33,368 nucleotides of DNA, taken from assembly GCF_001194135.2 (NCBI RefSeq), contig NC_068990.1, forward strand, positions 93,632,618 through 93,665,985, read 5' to 3'. A model generated the notes under the pieces. That model was not told the DNA's origin and made no database searches. It worked only from the letters and a program-made list of their open reading frames with translations. Source of the DNA: Octopus bimaculoides (lineage: Eukaryota). The first letter of the stretch is position 1; every line of letters starts with the position of its first letter. The position numbers were made by a program, and so were the translations under genes. Positions 22,073 to 32,754 of this stretch are shown here, piece by piece.

Positions 22073-22268
22073 CAACAACAACAACATCGAAAAATACCTT
22101 AGGAATGAGAATCCAGGTTCCAAATTTACCCAAGACACCTGATGAAGGCTGGAAGGTAATATCAGCCGAAACGTTGTGTTAACAACAAAGAAGATGAGGA
22201 CAAATATCCGTCAAATATAAATAATGTAAATAATGTACATAACTCCTTATCTCTCAAATATGGAACTG
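21836..22268. mobile_element. Mirror tRNA-head/hammerhead-tail SINE, copy C (gap-free)
   Basis: Arms about 21836-21974 and 21989-22162 around a 14-nt loop AGAGCACGGATTAC. (AAT)n spacer of unequal length. Complete tail ends AAATATGGAAC. Confidence 0.8.
22134..22180 (+). ncRNA. Minimal type I hammerhead ribozyme motif (family 1), core intact
   Basis: GACAC-CTGATGA-A-GGCTG(11 nt loop)CAGCC-GAAAC-GTT-GTGTT. Stem I GACAC/GTGTT, stem II 5 bp, palindromic ACGT in place of stem III, NUH triplet GUU. One extra A precedes stem II. Confidence 0.75.
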
Positions 22269-22705
22269 TATCAGCTTAATAATGGCAGAGTTATTTTACC
22301 AAATTCTTCATTATATTTGAAATTAATTTGAAGAGAATCAGTGTATTTCAACAGAAATATGGTAACAAAAGGATTAAGACTATTTATAAAGTCTCTTTCT
22401 TAGACTAAATAATCCCTACAAAGGCACAGGAGTGATACAAATTTTGGCAGAAGGTCACCAATCTTAGCAGGGGTGGAGGGAAGGGGGTAGTTGATTAAAT
22501 CAAGTGCAGTACTTAACTGGTACTTTCTATTATTGACCCAGATGAATGGAAGGCAAAACTGACCTTCGCAGTTTTTGAACTGAGAACATAAAAAGTTGCA
22601 AGAAATGCTGCTTGGCATTTTGTCTGGTGCATTGATGATTCTACCAGATTTTGCTGCCTTTAGTGCTTATAAGAGTGTCTTGGAATATTAATTGGAATCA
22701 CATAC

Positions 22706-22864
22706 CTCTCCACATTATACTGAGTAGATTCTGGTTCTGAACATTGCCACCAATCGACGTTTTCACCACCTTTTTTGTAAACTTCAAAGATTTTTTTAGT
22801 CATCCATGAAAGTGAGATGAAAGAGAATAATCCAACATCATAGAATGGAATCTGGTTATTTTGT
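22706..22864 (-). CDS. ABCC5: ABCC5-like exon (QNNQIPFYDVGLFSFISLSWMTKKIFEVYKKGGENVDWWQCSEPESTQYNVE-R), lasso/L0 region
   Basis: CAG acceptor and GTATG donor, phases 2/2. Matches the ABCC P.DNAGLFS.MTFSW motif. Confidence 0.9.
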
Positions 22865-23149
22865 CTGGTAAAATATAAGGTAGAGATATTATAATATGTG
22901 GAAAAGTAAATAGATAGACAAACAGACAGAAAGACAGGCAGGCAGATAAGAGACAACAATAAGCAGATAAAATGTGAAGGACATGTGAAAAAAATCGATG
23001 GAAACACAACATTGACATGTATTTCATTATCATGCAATGCTGAGTTCAAATCCCTTCGTGTGCAATTTCAAAGATAATTAACAATTTAGTAAAATAACAA
23101 TACACAGATAGTACCACCCTTTATTTCTCCCAAATCTCCCACAAGCAAC

Positions 23150-23460
23150 CTTGACACACCAGACTTGCAATGATTCCATGAACAGAGATCTCAAAGACAT
23201 TTTCCAATGGGACCGTGCCAATCTTGTCTTCTTCAACAGCATAAAAGTACAATCAGACTACAAACATCAGAGCCACAACTGGAAGCCTCAAGGCTGCTAG
23301 AGATAGTACACCTCACCATCATTGGAGAGCTCTCCTGGTTCAATGTACACCTTCAACATAGCAAAGACTGCATCTCAGAGACTGACCTCCCTCTTCAGGA
23401 CTGGAAAATTCTTCCTCAACTGCTAAGACTGAACAAGATTCAAGTGAAATGCTGCTATGT
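23150..23460 (+). mobile_element. Degenerate CR1/Jockey-type LINE RT C-terminal fragment
   Basis: WDRANLVFFNSIKVQ...NIAKTASQRLTSLFRTGKFF resembles RT thumb motifs. Stops present. Confidence 0.45.
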
Positions 23461-23856
23461 CTAAGATCACACACACACACACACACACAAACGTCCTAGA
23501 CCACATTCATAGTAAGACCACTGAATTGATTGAAATTACCACTCCCCCCCTCCACCCACCCCCGCCCAAAGATATGCTCCCATCCCTGTTCTACAGACAT
23601 GTCTTCTTTCTTTGACCTTTCTACCTTTACAATAATGGTCTCCTCTCTTAGAACCTGGCTGGTTTCAGGCACCAACCCCTCTCAAATATTCTCAACAAAC
23701 TCATCTTTCATCTTTTCGTCACCCATATCATGACCACCACAACCATTCCAGACACTCATAAAACCCCCAAGTCTAGTTCTTCTTCTTCCCTAACACATTG
23801 GCCTTCAAGAGTTCTCACCCTACGCATTCTACCCTCTTTACTTTGAAGCAGTTTAA

Positions 23857-24078
23857 CCTTTTCGTTACCGTATTTCTGTTGAGATGCTCCGTGTTTCTTT
23901 CAATTAATTTTAAATATAACAAAGAATTTAGTAAAATAACTTAGTTATCATTAAGCTAGTGTTAGGAACATAAACTGTGACTAAGGTTTGGTGGAAGATT
24001 TTAAATCAAAACTTATGAAAACAAGACATTTCTACTACAGAGCCAGAGGTGGTTTCAGGCAGGTTGATATCAAAAGGG
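23857..24078 (-). mobile_element. piggyBac-type MITE (about 220 bp) with TTAA flanks
   Basis: TTAA|CCTTTTCGTTACC ... GATATCAAAAGGG|TTAA. Second copy at 26540-26759. Confidence 0.75.
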
Positions 24079-25153
24079 TTAAGGCAGTAAGCTGAGATTT
24101 GAGGGTGATTTAACAGCTATTTCTAGGTGGTTGTTGTAGAACCAGTTAGATCAAGTCAAGCTATTAGGTTATCCTTAATAAGTACTTAAGTAGAATGTTA
24201 ATGACATCAGAGTCATTAGGGTTTAAGGGTTGGGCTGGAAATGTTAAGGTCATGAACCCTGCTTTTAGATGTAGCAAAGAAAAAACATAATTAAATAATT
24301 TAAAAAAAATACAAACATGGTAGAAGTAAATTATTGTGGCTGTTTGACCCTTTCACTACTTCCTTATGTCAATAGCATGAGTTTGAACTGGGACAATAAT
24401 GATGACAATGATAATGATGACAACAGCAACAGCAACAACAAAAACAACATCAGAAGCAACAACAACAACATCAAGACAATATGCAAACATTTACTGAACC
24501 ATAAAGATTGAGAAAAAAAATTGAGAAAATTGATAAAGAGAAAATGTATTTCCACTGAGAAGAACCTCATAAAGATAAACTGATAGATTAGTTTCTGAAT
24601 GGCATTGAGATAATTACTCTGTTGAGGAAGTGAACCTACATTGGCAGAAATTCAATACAACATCTAGCAACATATATGAATAGTTCCAATAGGTTAAAGA
24701 TCAGGCATGAAATATGTTAACCATTTTACTATTCTGGAAGTATTGGAGAAATAGTATCTGAGTAGTTATTTTCATTTTCTATAGATTCAAGTGGAACATG
24801 AGAGAGTATTTACCATGTGGGTCACATTAGTAAATATTAAGAAATGTTATTAAAGCTAATATATACAAAGTTTCCTATTGACTAAATATGTCAGTGATAT
24901 ATTTATAATTTAAAAAATATGTTTAGGCTGTTACTCTCTGATCCCAGACTGGTGAAGACGATGCAGAGTGATGTTGACTCTAAGTATTGAAGGCATGGCT
25001 GTGGAGTGAAGATGTTTGCTTCCCAACCGAATGATTCCAGGTTCACTTTTACTTTCCTTGGGCAAATGTCTTCTACAATAGCTTTGGACCAACGAAAGCC
25101 TTTTCAGAGAATTTGGTAAATGGAATCTGAAAGATGTCTGTTGTATGCATATA

Positions 25154-26050
25154 TGAGATGGTATCGAAACATTCCCGGACTAGTTCTAAAGTGTGCCAAC
25201 AGATGGCAGCACACGGTTGCGTCTTCAGTGAGAGCTAACAGTGACCTTCATGAGGCAGTGTGTTGAGTGACATTGCTGTCTTTACTTCACAAGTTGTGAA
25301 ATTTGTGTTTTTGTGATCACGTGTATGCTGTGGTCTGTGATTTCCATCATGGACAGGAACAAAGAGTCAATGTGAAATTTTGTGTTGAACTGAGGAAACC
25401 AACTCCAAAGACATTGAGCATGCTTCAGGAAGCTTACAGTGATGAGGCAATGGGTTGTACACAATGTCTCAAGTGGCATGGGCACACGACAAAGCCACAG
25501 CTCAATCGAGAGCATGCTCACCGTTTTCTTCAACATTCATGGCATTGTGCATTGAGAATTCATCCTCCAGGGTCAGACCATTAATCGAGAATTCTACTGC
25601 AACGTTCTAAAGCATTTGAGTGAGGACCTTCGGTGAAAATAACTGAATTTGTGGAACATGAACACTTTGATTCTTCACGATGACAATGCTCCGTCACTGA
25701 TCCCTGCTCACTTGTGAGTTTCTCACCAAAACCCAAATGGTGTCACTTCCACACCTGCCGCATTCACCAGATTTAACTCCTGCAGACTTCTATCTTTTCC
25801 CCAAGATGAAAATGCAGCTCAAAAGTCACCGTTTTAACACTGTTGTGGAGATTCAGGGCAAATTGCAGAAGGTACTCAACTGGATTACAGAAAACGACTT
25901 CCAGGAAGGATTCCAAAAGTGGCAGGAATGCCAAGACAGGTGTATTGCTGTGCAAGGTGACTATTTCGAAGGAGATGATGCCAAAACTTAGGTAAATATG
26001 TTATTTTTTGTTAAACATAATTAGTCCGGGAACCTTTTGATATCACCTTG
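25154..26050 (+). mobile_element. Internally deleted mariner (DD34D-type) transposon, about 0.9 kb
   Basis: Imperfect TIRs (TGAGATGGTATCGAAACATTCCCGGACTA / TAGTCCGGGAACCTTTTGATATCACCTTG), TA on the left. Motifs EQRVNVKFCV, HDDNAP, HSPDLTPADFYLFPKMK, GDYFEGD. Frameshifts and stops present. Confidence 0.9.
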
Positions 26051-26170
26051 TGTGTAGGTGAGTGGTAAGCTTTGTGGAAGTCATCCAGGTAAACCCAACG
26101 AATGAGGGCAGAAGAGAAAACTGGTACAAAACAGTAAAAAAAAAAAAAAAAAGAAATGAAGAAAACTTAC

Positions 26171-26259
26171 GGTTTTTCACAACGGATAGGAAGAAGTATT
26201 TTAAGCAAACTGTTCTTTTTTTCATGCTTTGAAGAATCAGGAGTTTTCTCAGAAGCCAT
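26171..26259 (-). CDS. ABCC5: ABCC5/MRP5-like transporter, first recognisable coding exon (MASEKTPDSSKHEKKNSLLKILLPIRCEK-P); exon starts at acceptor 26279
   Basis: Polypyrimidine tract plus CAG acceptor before 26279, ATG at 26259, GTAAG donor after 26171. Phase 2 (CC) joins the A that starts the next exon to give CCA. LKILLPIR resembles the ABCC5/ABCC12 N-terminal LKPIR/LKTMIPVR motif. Exact orthology within ABCC5/11/12 is not resolved. Confidence 0.75.
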
Positions 26260-26378
26260 ACTGAATGAAGAAACTCCAGCTGAATGAAAGACAAAAAAAA
26301 AAAAAAGAAAAAGTGAAAGATTGTCAGATGTGTTTGCATGGGCGGCAGTGTTGCTGTTCACACAAAATATTCAGACTT

Positions 26379-26511
26379 AATGAATGGAGGATCCAATAAT
26401 GAATGGAGGATCCAATAATGAATGGAGGATCCAATAATGAATGGAGGATCCAATAATGAATGGAGGATCCAATAATGAATGGAGGATCCAATAATGAATG
26501 GAGGATCCAAT
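26379..26511 (+). repeat. Perfect minisatellite, 7 x 19 bp (AATGAATGGAGGATCCAAT)
   Basis: Seven identical units counted directly. Confidence 0.95.
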
Positions 26512-26539
26512 AAATTGACAAGCTGTGGCTCAGTTGCAA

Positions 26540-26759
26540 CCCTTTCGTTACCAACCCGGCTGAAACCGGTTCTGGCTCTCTAGTACAAATGTCTTGTTTT
26601 CATAAGTTTTGAATTGAAATCTTCCACCAAACCTTAGTCACAATTTATGTTCCTAACACTAGCTGAATGATAACTGAGTTATTTTACTAAATTCTTTGTT
26701 ACATTTAAGATTAATTAAAAGAAACAGAGCATCTCAACAGAAATACGGTAATGAAAGGG
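26540..26759 (+). mobile_element. piggyBac-type MITE, second copy
   Basis: CCCTTTCGTTACC ... GGTAATGAAAGGG|TTAA. Reverse complement aligns with 23857-24078. Partial degenerate copies at about 1150-1262 and 22285-22380. Confidence 0.75.
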
Positions 26760-26761
26760 TT

Positions 26762-27190
26762 AAAGCATTCCTGCTGTTATTTCAAAGAAACCTGTCTCTC
26801 CATCAGGTGTTATAATTCTTGCTTTTGTATCTTCAGAAATCTTTTTTATTGCATTGAGAAGATTTGTATGTATATGATATGCTTTAAGAATTTTGAGCAT
26901 CTTGCCCCTGTGATTGGAATCAAAAGCCTTCTTGAAATCAACAGACAGGATGATGGTTTTGCTATTGTGTGCTTTGACCTCTTCAATTAACCTACTCAGA
27001 GTCAGAATATGTGTTGCTGTGGATCTACCAGGTTTGAAATCCATTCTGGCTTTGTTGTAGATGTTTATCAATGCTTGGCTGTAGTTTGTTAAGCATCATT
27101 CTGTTGATGAGTCTGGCTACTGTGTGGTGTTCAGCTGTGTGCTGCCTTTTCATGGTTTCTATGTTTTGTCCTAAACACAACACAAATTCC
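26762..27190 (-). mobile_element. Non-LTR retrotransposon reverse transcriptase fragment
   Basis: QNGF/KPGRSTATHILTLSRLIEEVK...VDFKKAFDS...TPDGETGFFEITAG, with a frameshift. Confidence 0.85.
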
Positions 27191-27389
27191 TTACTTATCA
27201 ACCAAGAAATCAATGACTTCTAAAATTAATATATATAGGGGCAGGAGTGGCTCTGTGATAAGAAGCTTGCTTCCCAACCACAAGGTTCCGGGTTCATTCT
27301 CACTATAGCCTCTGGTCGACCAAGGCCTTGTGAGTGGATTTGGTAGATGAAAACTGGAAGAATCCCGTCATATATATATATATATACCC

Positions 27390-28066
27390 TTAAATCCTTC
27401 ATTTTTGACCAAATTCATCCAAATCTCACATGAACAGTACAGATGACTCAACAATGGTTTAAAACTATTTTTGGTTATTATTCTATATTTAACTTGCAAC
27501 AGATCTACGAAATACTCTGAAACATCACCTTTGCACATTTTTGCAGAGTTACACCCAAGAAAACAGTTTCAAGAAATGCGCTTTTTTTTCTTTTTTCTTT
27601 TTTTGCTTTTTGTTGCAAAAGAACTGCTAAATTGTGTCGTTTCTGGAATGTATTTGTTTTTTGTCCCTGTTCATCCGGGTTCTACAGAAAACTGCAAAAC
27701 ATAGACAGTCCTCCCCCTCCAACAGCTTTACCTTTTTGCAGAGGGCTAGGTCTAGGTCAACCTTCCACTCTCACTTACTCCTTTGCATGCGAAAATGACT
27801 AATGGCACTTAGTTTGTGCTGTTTACACCAAGACATTGTGCGATTTGTAAACATTTCCTTCCAATACCATTACCCGAACTTCGAGCACCTCCTCCAGCAT
27901 TTGGTTGTTCAACTAATAAATGCCACTTCTTCCTCAATGTCAATGTTTGCAACTTAATGCAAAAAATATTCAAAGAGATGTACAACGAAAATAATGGTAG
28001 AACCTATCAAGAGCATTTAATAGCTGAGCAACGCCGGGTACTTCTGCTAGTACACAAATATATTAT
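27390..28066 (-). mobile_element. Possible non-autonomous Helitron-like element
   Basis: Minus strand begins TACTAGCAGAAGTACCCGGCGTTGCTC, resembling invertebrate Helitron-N termini. The far boundary is uncertain. Confidence 0.3.
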
Positions 28067-28093
28067 ATATACACTTGTATATATAGCTATCTA

Positions 28094-28125
<32 letters not shown>

Positions 28126-28361
28126 CCATTTGGCCATGATAGAGTGCTAGCCACTAAAGCTTTTCCTGTTTTCTCTCCCTGTTTATTTCTGTGTTCCTTT
28201 CTGTCAAAGAGCATAGGCTCAAAACATAAAACACTTTCTCACCTTCCCAAGCGTTGAACTAATACATCTGTTTGTTGTTTACACACCCATCTTCATCTTT
28301 TGTTTTTTTGTACATTCTCACTACCAATTTATTTATCTACCTATCTGTCTATTTATTACTA

Positions 28362-28405
<44 letters not shown>

Positions 28406-28556
28406 CTTCCATTAAAACAGGTCATGAATAAGACATTCACTCATCTGTTATCTGTCATTTTGTTATTTTATCTGTCAAAATGTTGGGTTATTTTCTAAAC
28501 CACATATGACTTGTACAGACTTAACAGACTCTCATGCGTGTATGCGCTTGTGTGTG

Positions 28557-28633
<77 letters not shown>

Positions 28634-28846
28634 GTTTGTTCTCTTTGGAAATTGTATAAGCTTGTTTTTTGCTATGCAGCATTTAAACCAGTCACTTATA
28701 AAGTGACAAGGGTCTTTTGTTTGGAGTCAAGACAGTTCCTGAGCTTTGTGGAAATGTGAATGAGGCAGCAAGTGCATATAAGTAAGGTTGTGTGAGTGTG
28801 TGTCTGTATGTGTCTCTATGTGTGTTATAAGCAAATATGGTTGCAA

Positions 28847-28958
<112 letters not shown>

Positions 28959-29119
28959 TGGAGCATCCTCATAATGAAATGTCTGTTATCATTCTTAAAC
29001 TCGGTTAAAATAATTAGCTTAATTGAAAATATATTTGTGTGAATATATATGGCCACAGCTCATGAGCTGAAACTAGATAAAATGAAAATGAAATGAAATA
29101 TATATATATACATAAGTGT

Positions 29120-29745
29120 CTCTCCCTAAGAATGATAAGCAGACTGTATGATGCCTGTGTGGGAACAGCCATGCTCCATGACAGTGAAACATGAGCTGTG
29201 ACCACAGAGGACATGTGTCGGCTTGAAAGAAATGGATGTGTAATGTATGACAGAGTGTAAGCATCTTGAGAGAAAAGTTGGACATAAGAAGCCTCTGATG
29301 TGGTGTGCAAGGGAGATGACTGCGCTGGTGTGGTCATGTGATGTGTATGGAGGAGGACAGCTGTGTAAAGAAGTGCCAATCTCTAACGGTGGAGGAAACC
29401 TATGGAAGAGGTAGGCTCAAGAAGACATGGGATGAGGTGGTGAAGCATGATCTTCGAATGTTGGGCCTCCCAGAAGTGATAACTAGTGACCAAGACCTTT
29501 GGTGATGTGCTGTGCTTGAGAAGACTCATCAAACCAAGTGAAACCATAGTCGTGGCCATTGCCAGTGTCATGTAAATGGCACCTGGGAAATCGTAATTGT
29601 CGCAAATACTAGTGTCACACAACTGGCACCTGTGCCGGTGGCCCATAAAAAGCACCCATTACACTCTTGGAGTGGTTGGTGTTAGGGAGGACATCCAGCC
29701 ATAGAAATCATGCCAAATCAGACTGGAGTCTGGTGCAGGTCCACC
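29120..29745 (+). mobile_element. RTE-like LINE 3' fragment
   Basis: RLYDACVGTAMLHDSET...CVKKCQSLTVEETYGRGRLKKTWDEVVKHDL plus the family 3' UTR. Confidence 0.8.
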
Positions 29746-30297
29746 CACATCAGCAAAACTGAGTTCTAGAAGTGCTGTGAGTCCCAGCCTCACTTAACAA
29801 GGAAACTTCTCACACAACCTACCCCAACAAACCAAACTACATCTCTACATCTCTTCCTCACATTTCCTCCTTCATGCACTGAGCTTACCTCCCACTCCCC
29901 TGTCCTGTCCTCACACCCTGTTTCTCTGTATCTTTGCTATCCAGAATCTCCTCCACTCCCACTCTATACACCCTAACCCTCCCCACTCTCCGATCATCCT
30001 TCTTTTGCAATATCCTGCCACTTATATTATAACCTTTGAACCTCAAGGGTTCGAACCCTGGCACTTGCCACCATCCATTATCTCTCTCTTCCTTTACTCG
30101 ACCATCCCATGTATATTCTGATCCCCGTCCCTTGCGAGTATGTCCAGCATTCTGCCACCCTCTCTATCCTCATGTCTCCCACTCTCACTCTCTCCTTCTC
30201 CTGCTCTTCCCTCAGGCTGGGTAATCCATGTATTTCCTTTGCAGCAGCACACCTGTTTCTCTTCTCATACCTGGTCTCTCTCTTTCATTAGCCAGGC

Positions 30298-30330
<33 letters not shown>

Positions 30331-30343
30331 CACACACATGTGC

Positions 30344-30389
<46 letters not shown>

Positions 30390-30982
30390 NNNNNNNNNNN
30401 NNNNNNNNNNNNNNNNNNNNNNNNNNNNNNNNNNNNNNNNNNNNNNNNNNNNNNNNNNNNNNNNNNNNNNNNNNNNNNNNNNNNNNNNNNNNNNNNNNNN
30501 NNNNNNNNNNNNNNNNNNNNNNNNNNNNNNNNNNNNNNNNNNNNNNNNNNNNNNNNNNNNNNNNNNNNNNNNNNNNNNNNNNNNNNNNNNNNNNNNNNNN
30601 NNNNNNNNNNNNNNNNNNNNNNNNNNNNNNNNNNNNNNNNNNNNNNNNNNNNNNNNNNNNNNNNNNNNNNNNNNNNNNNNNNNNNNNNNNNNNNNNNNNN
30701 NNNNNNNNNNNNNNNNNNNNNNNNNNNNNNNNNNNNNNNNNNNNNNNNNNNNNNNNNNNNNNNNNNNNNNNNNNNNNNNNNNNNNNNNNNNNNNNNNNNN
30801 NNNNNNNNNNNNNTGAGTTCTTGTATTAAATAACTTTCTGAATTGTTTGCACTGATATTTTGTTTGTGTCTGGATTCCATCAAACATGTTATCTTCTTCT
30901 TTTACATGCAGACGAAGACATGATAAATGCCAGGCATATACCTTTACACTGATGTAAAAGGATTATATATATATATATACAG

Positions 30983-31372
30983 GTACAGGAGTGGCTGTTT
31001 GGTAAGAAGCTTGCTTCCCAACCACATGGTTGCAGGAACAGTTCTACTGCCTGGAACTTCGGGTGGGTGACTTCTACTATAGCCTCGGGCCAACCAAAGC
31101 CCTCTGAGTGGATTTGGTAGATGGAAACTGAAAGAAGCCCAATGTATATATATATGTGTGTGTGTGTTTGTCTCCCCTTCCCTCCATTGCTTGACATCCA
31201 ATGTTGGTGTGTCTACATTCCTGTAACTTAGCGGTTCAGCAAAAAAAAACCCCAAAGGATAAGTACTAGGCTTACAAAGAATAAGTCTTGGGGTTGATTT
31301 GTTTGACTAAAGGCGGTACTCCAGCATGGCCTCAGTCAAATGACTGAAACAAGTAAATGAATAAAAGAATTA
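30983..31372 (+). mobile_element. SINE family S1, near full length
   Basis: Colinear with 5364-5764. Confidence 0.85.
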
Positions 31373-31374
31373 TA

Positions 31375-31447
31375 TTATTTACATTTGATGGATATTTGTC
31401 CTCATCTTGTTTGTTGTTAACACAATGTTTCGGCTGATATACCTTCC
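31375..31447 (-). mobile_element. 3' tail fragment of the hammerhead SINE family 1
   Basis: Matches the tail of copies B and C. Truncated within stem II, so no CTGATGA. Confidence 0.7.
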
Positions 31448-31814
31448 AGTAAAAGAATGGTGTTAGTTTGTATGGTTGAGAGAATTAAAAAGAGAGTTGC
31501 TCTCCAGAGATTATTAGAGAATGAAATTTGAAGTGAGCGAAATTATGTAAACTGTTGTGGTTCCGGTGGGGATGCTGGCCATTTAGGTGTAGAACAAAGG
31601 TATGATATTTTTAGTTTTTCTGTTTTTTTATCTATGTTCAGCAGGCAGAAAATCATTCTCTGTATTTATCGAACAGGCTATTTTTTGGACAAGATTTCAT
31701 GTGTTTTAGTTGAACATCAAGTATAAAGGTTTTTGTTAACCACAATATTAAGAAATGCACAGGAAATAATTCATGTTAACCTTTCACCATCTTGTGCATG
31801 GTTAATATTGATGG

Positions 31815-31853
<39 letters not shown>

Positions 31854-32039
31854 CGTGTGTGTGTGTAGTATGTGCACGTATTTGTGTGTGTGTATGCACA
31901 TATAGTTGTGTGTGTGTGAACATGTAGTTATGTGCGTGTGTGCGTGTGTGTATAAATTTAAGTTAATCATATGTGAGCATGTTAAATTTACTTTTGTCAC
32001 ATATATATGACAGTTTTAATGTATGTATATATGTAAGTT

Positions 32040-32072
<33 letters not shown>

Positions 32073-32188
32073 ATGATATATATATATATATATATACATC
32101 ATATATACACACACATATATATACATCATCATATATATAAATATATATAGTATTAATAGGAGATGGAATGTGTAATAGACTTTATTGG

Positions 32189-32230
32189 GTACAACACATG
32201 TTTCGACCCGTTCTGGGTCTCTTCAGGTAC
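32189..32230 (-). ncRNA. Minimal type I hammerhead motif (family 3), core intact, followed by AATAAA
   Basis: Minus strand GTAC-CTGAAGA-GACCC agaac GGGTC-GAAA-CATGTGT-T-GTAC, then AATAAA at 32186-32181. Confidence 0.7.
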
Positions 32231-32754
32231 ATCAATAAAAAATCTCATTAGAGAATTCTTGAGTCAGCTTACATACTGCTATATGTCCATCAAATTCAAG
32301 AATGAGTAAAATCAGAGAAAAATTATTGAAATGCAAAAAAATTCAAATATGAATGTGGAAAGTATACATTCTATTTAGAGAAAATGACGTAATGAGCTTT
32401 TTACCGTTGTCTTAATGGTAGTCTGGGGAATGATGCCTCAGGTTGAAATGCTGATGTGTTTATACAAATGTTACCGAAAAATATCTGCTGTTGCGACTGG
32501 TTTAAATTGTCTCAATAAATTAGCACACTGCTCACATGGTGATTAAAGAGGTCTTTGCAAAACAGGTCATGGCCAACCATACTAAAAATACCATCATAGA
32601 GTAAAGAATGTGCCCATGTTCCCATGACTGTAATCAATTCGGGGTCAGTACTTTCAATATAAAATATAAAAAAAGGGGACCTTGTTGCATAAACTTTGGG
32701 CATTTAAAACGATTAATTTGTTATATGAATGAAGCTTATCATAATTGCAGTTTA

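Noticed and set aside
23560-23830. Minus-strand charged frame (GDEKMKDEFVENI*EGLVPETSQVLREE...SVEQGWEHI) as an ABCC exon
   Set aside because: Contains a stop, has no convincing splice sites and is not needed for frame continuity. More like a LINE linker relic.
26379-26511. CRISPR-like array
   Set aside because: Units are contiguous with no spacers, and the context is eukaryotic.
29780-30290. Pyrimidine-rich stretch with TFEPQGF-like words as a Penelope GIY-YIG end
   Set aside because: The match is too short to call without a search.
30905-30945. CAGACGA-AGACAT-gataa-ATGCC as a hammerhead relic
   Set aside because: Both core strands are mutated and GAAA is absent. Too degenerate to support.
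32535-32652. Candidate upstream ABCC exon (AG...GTGAG, open frame TDPELITVMGTWAHSLLYDG...)
   Set aside because: No recognisable ABCC similarity. It ends in phase 0, whereas exon 26279 would need phase 1. It could still be a non-coding exon.
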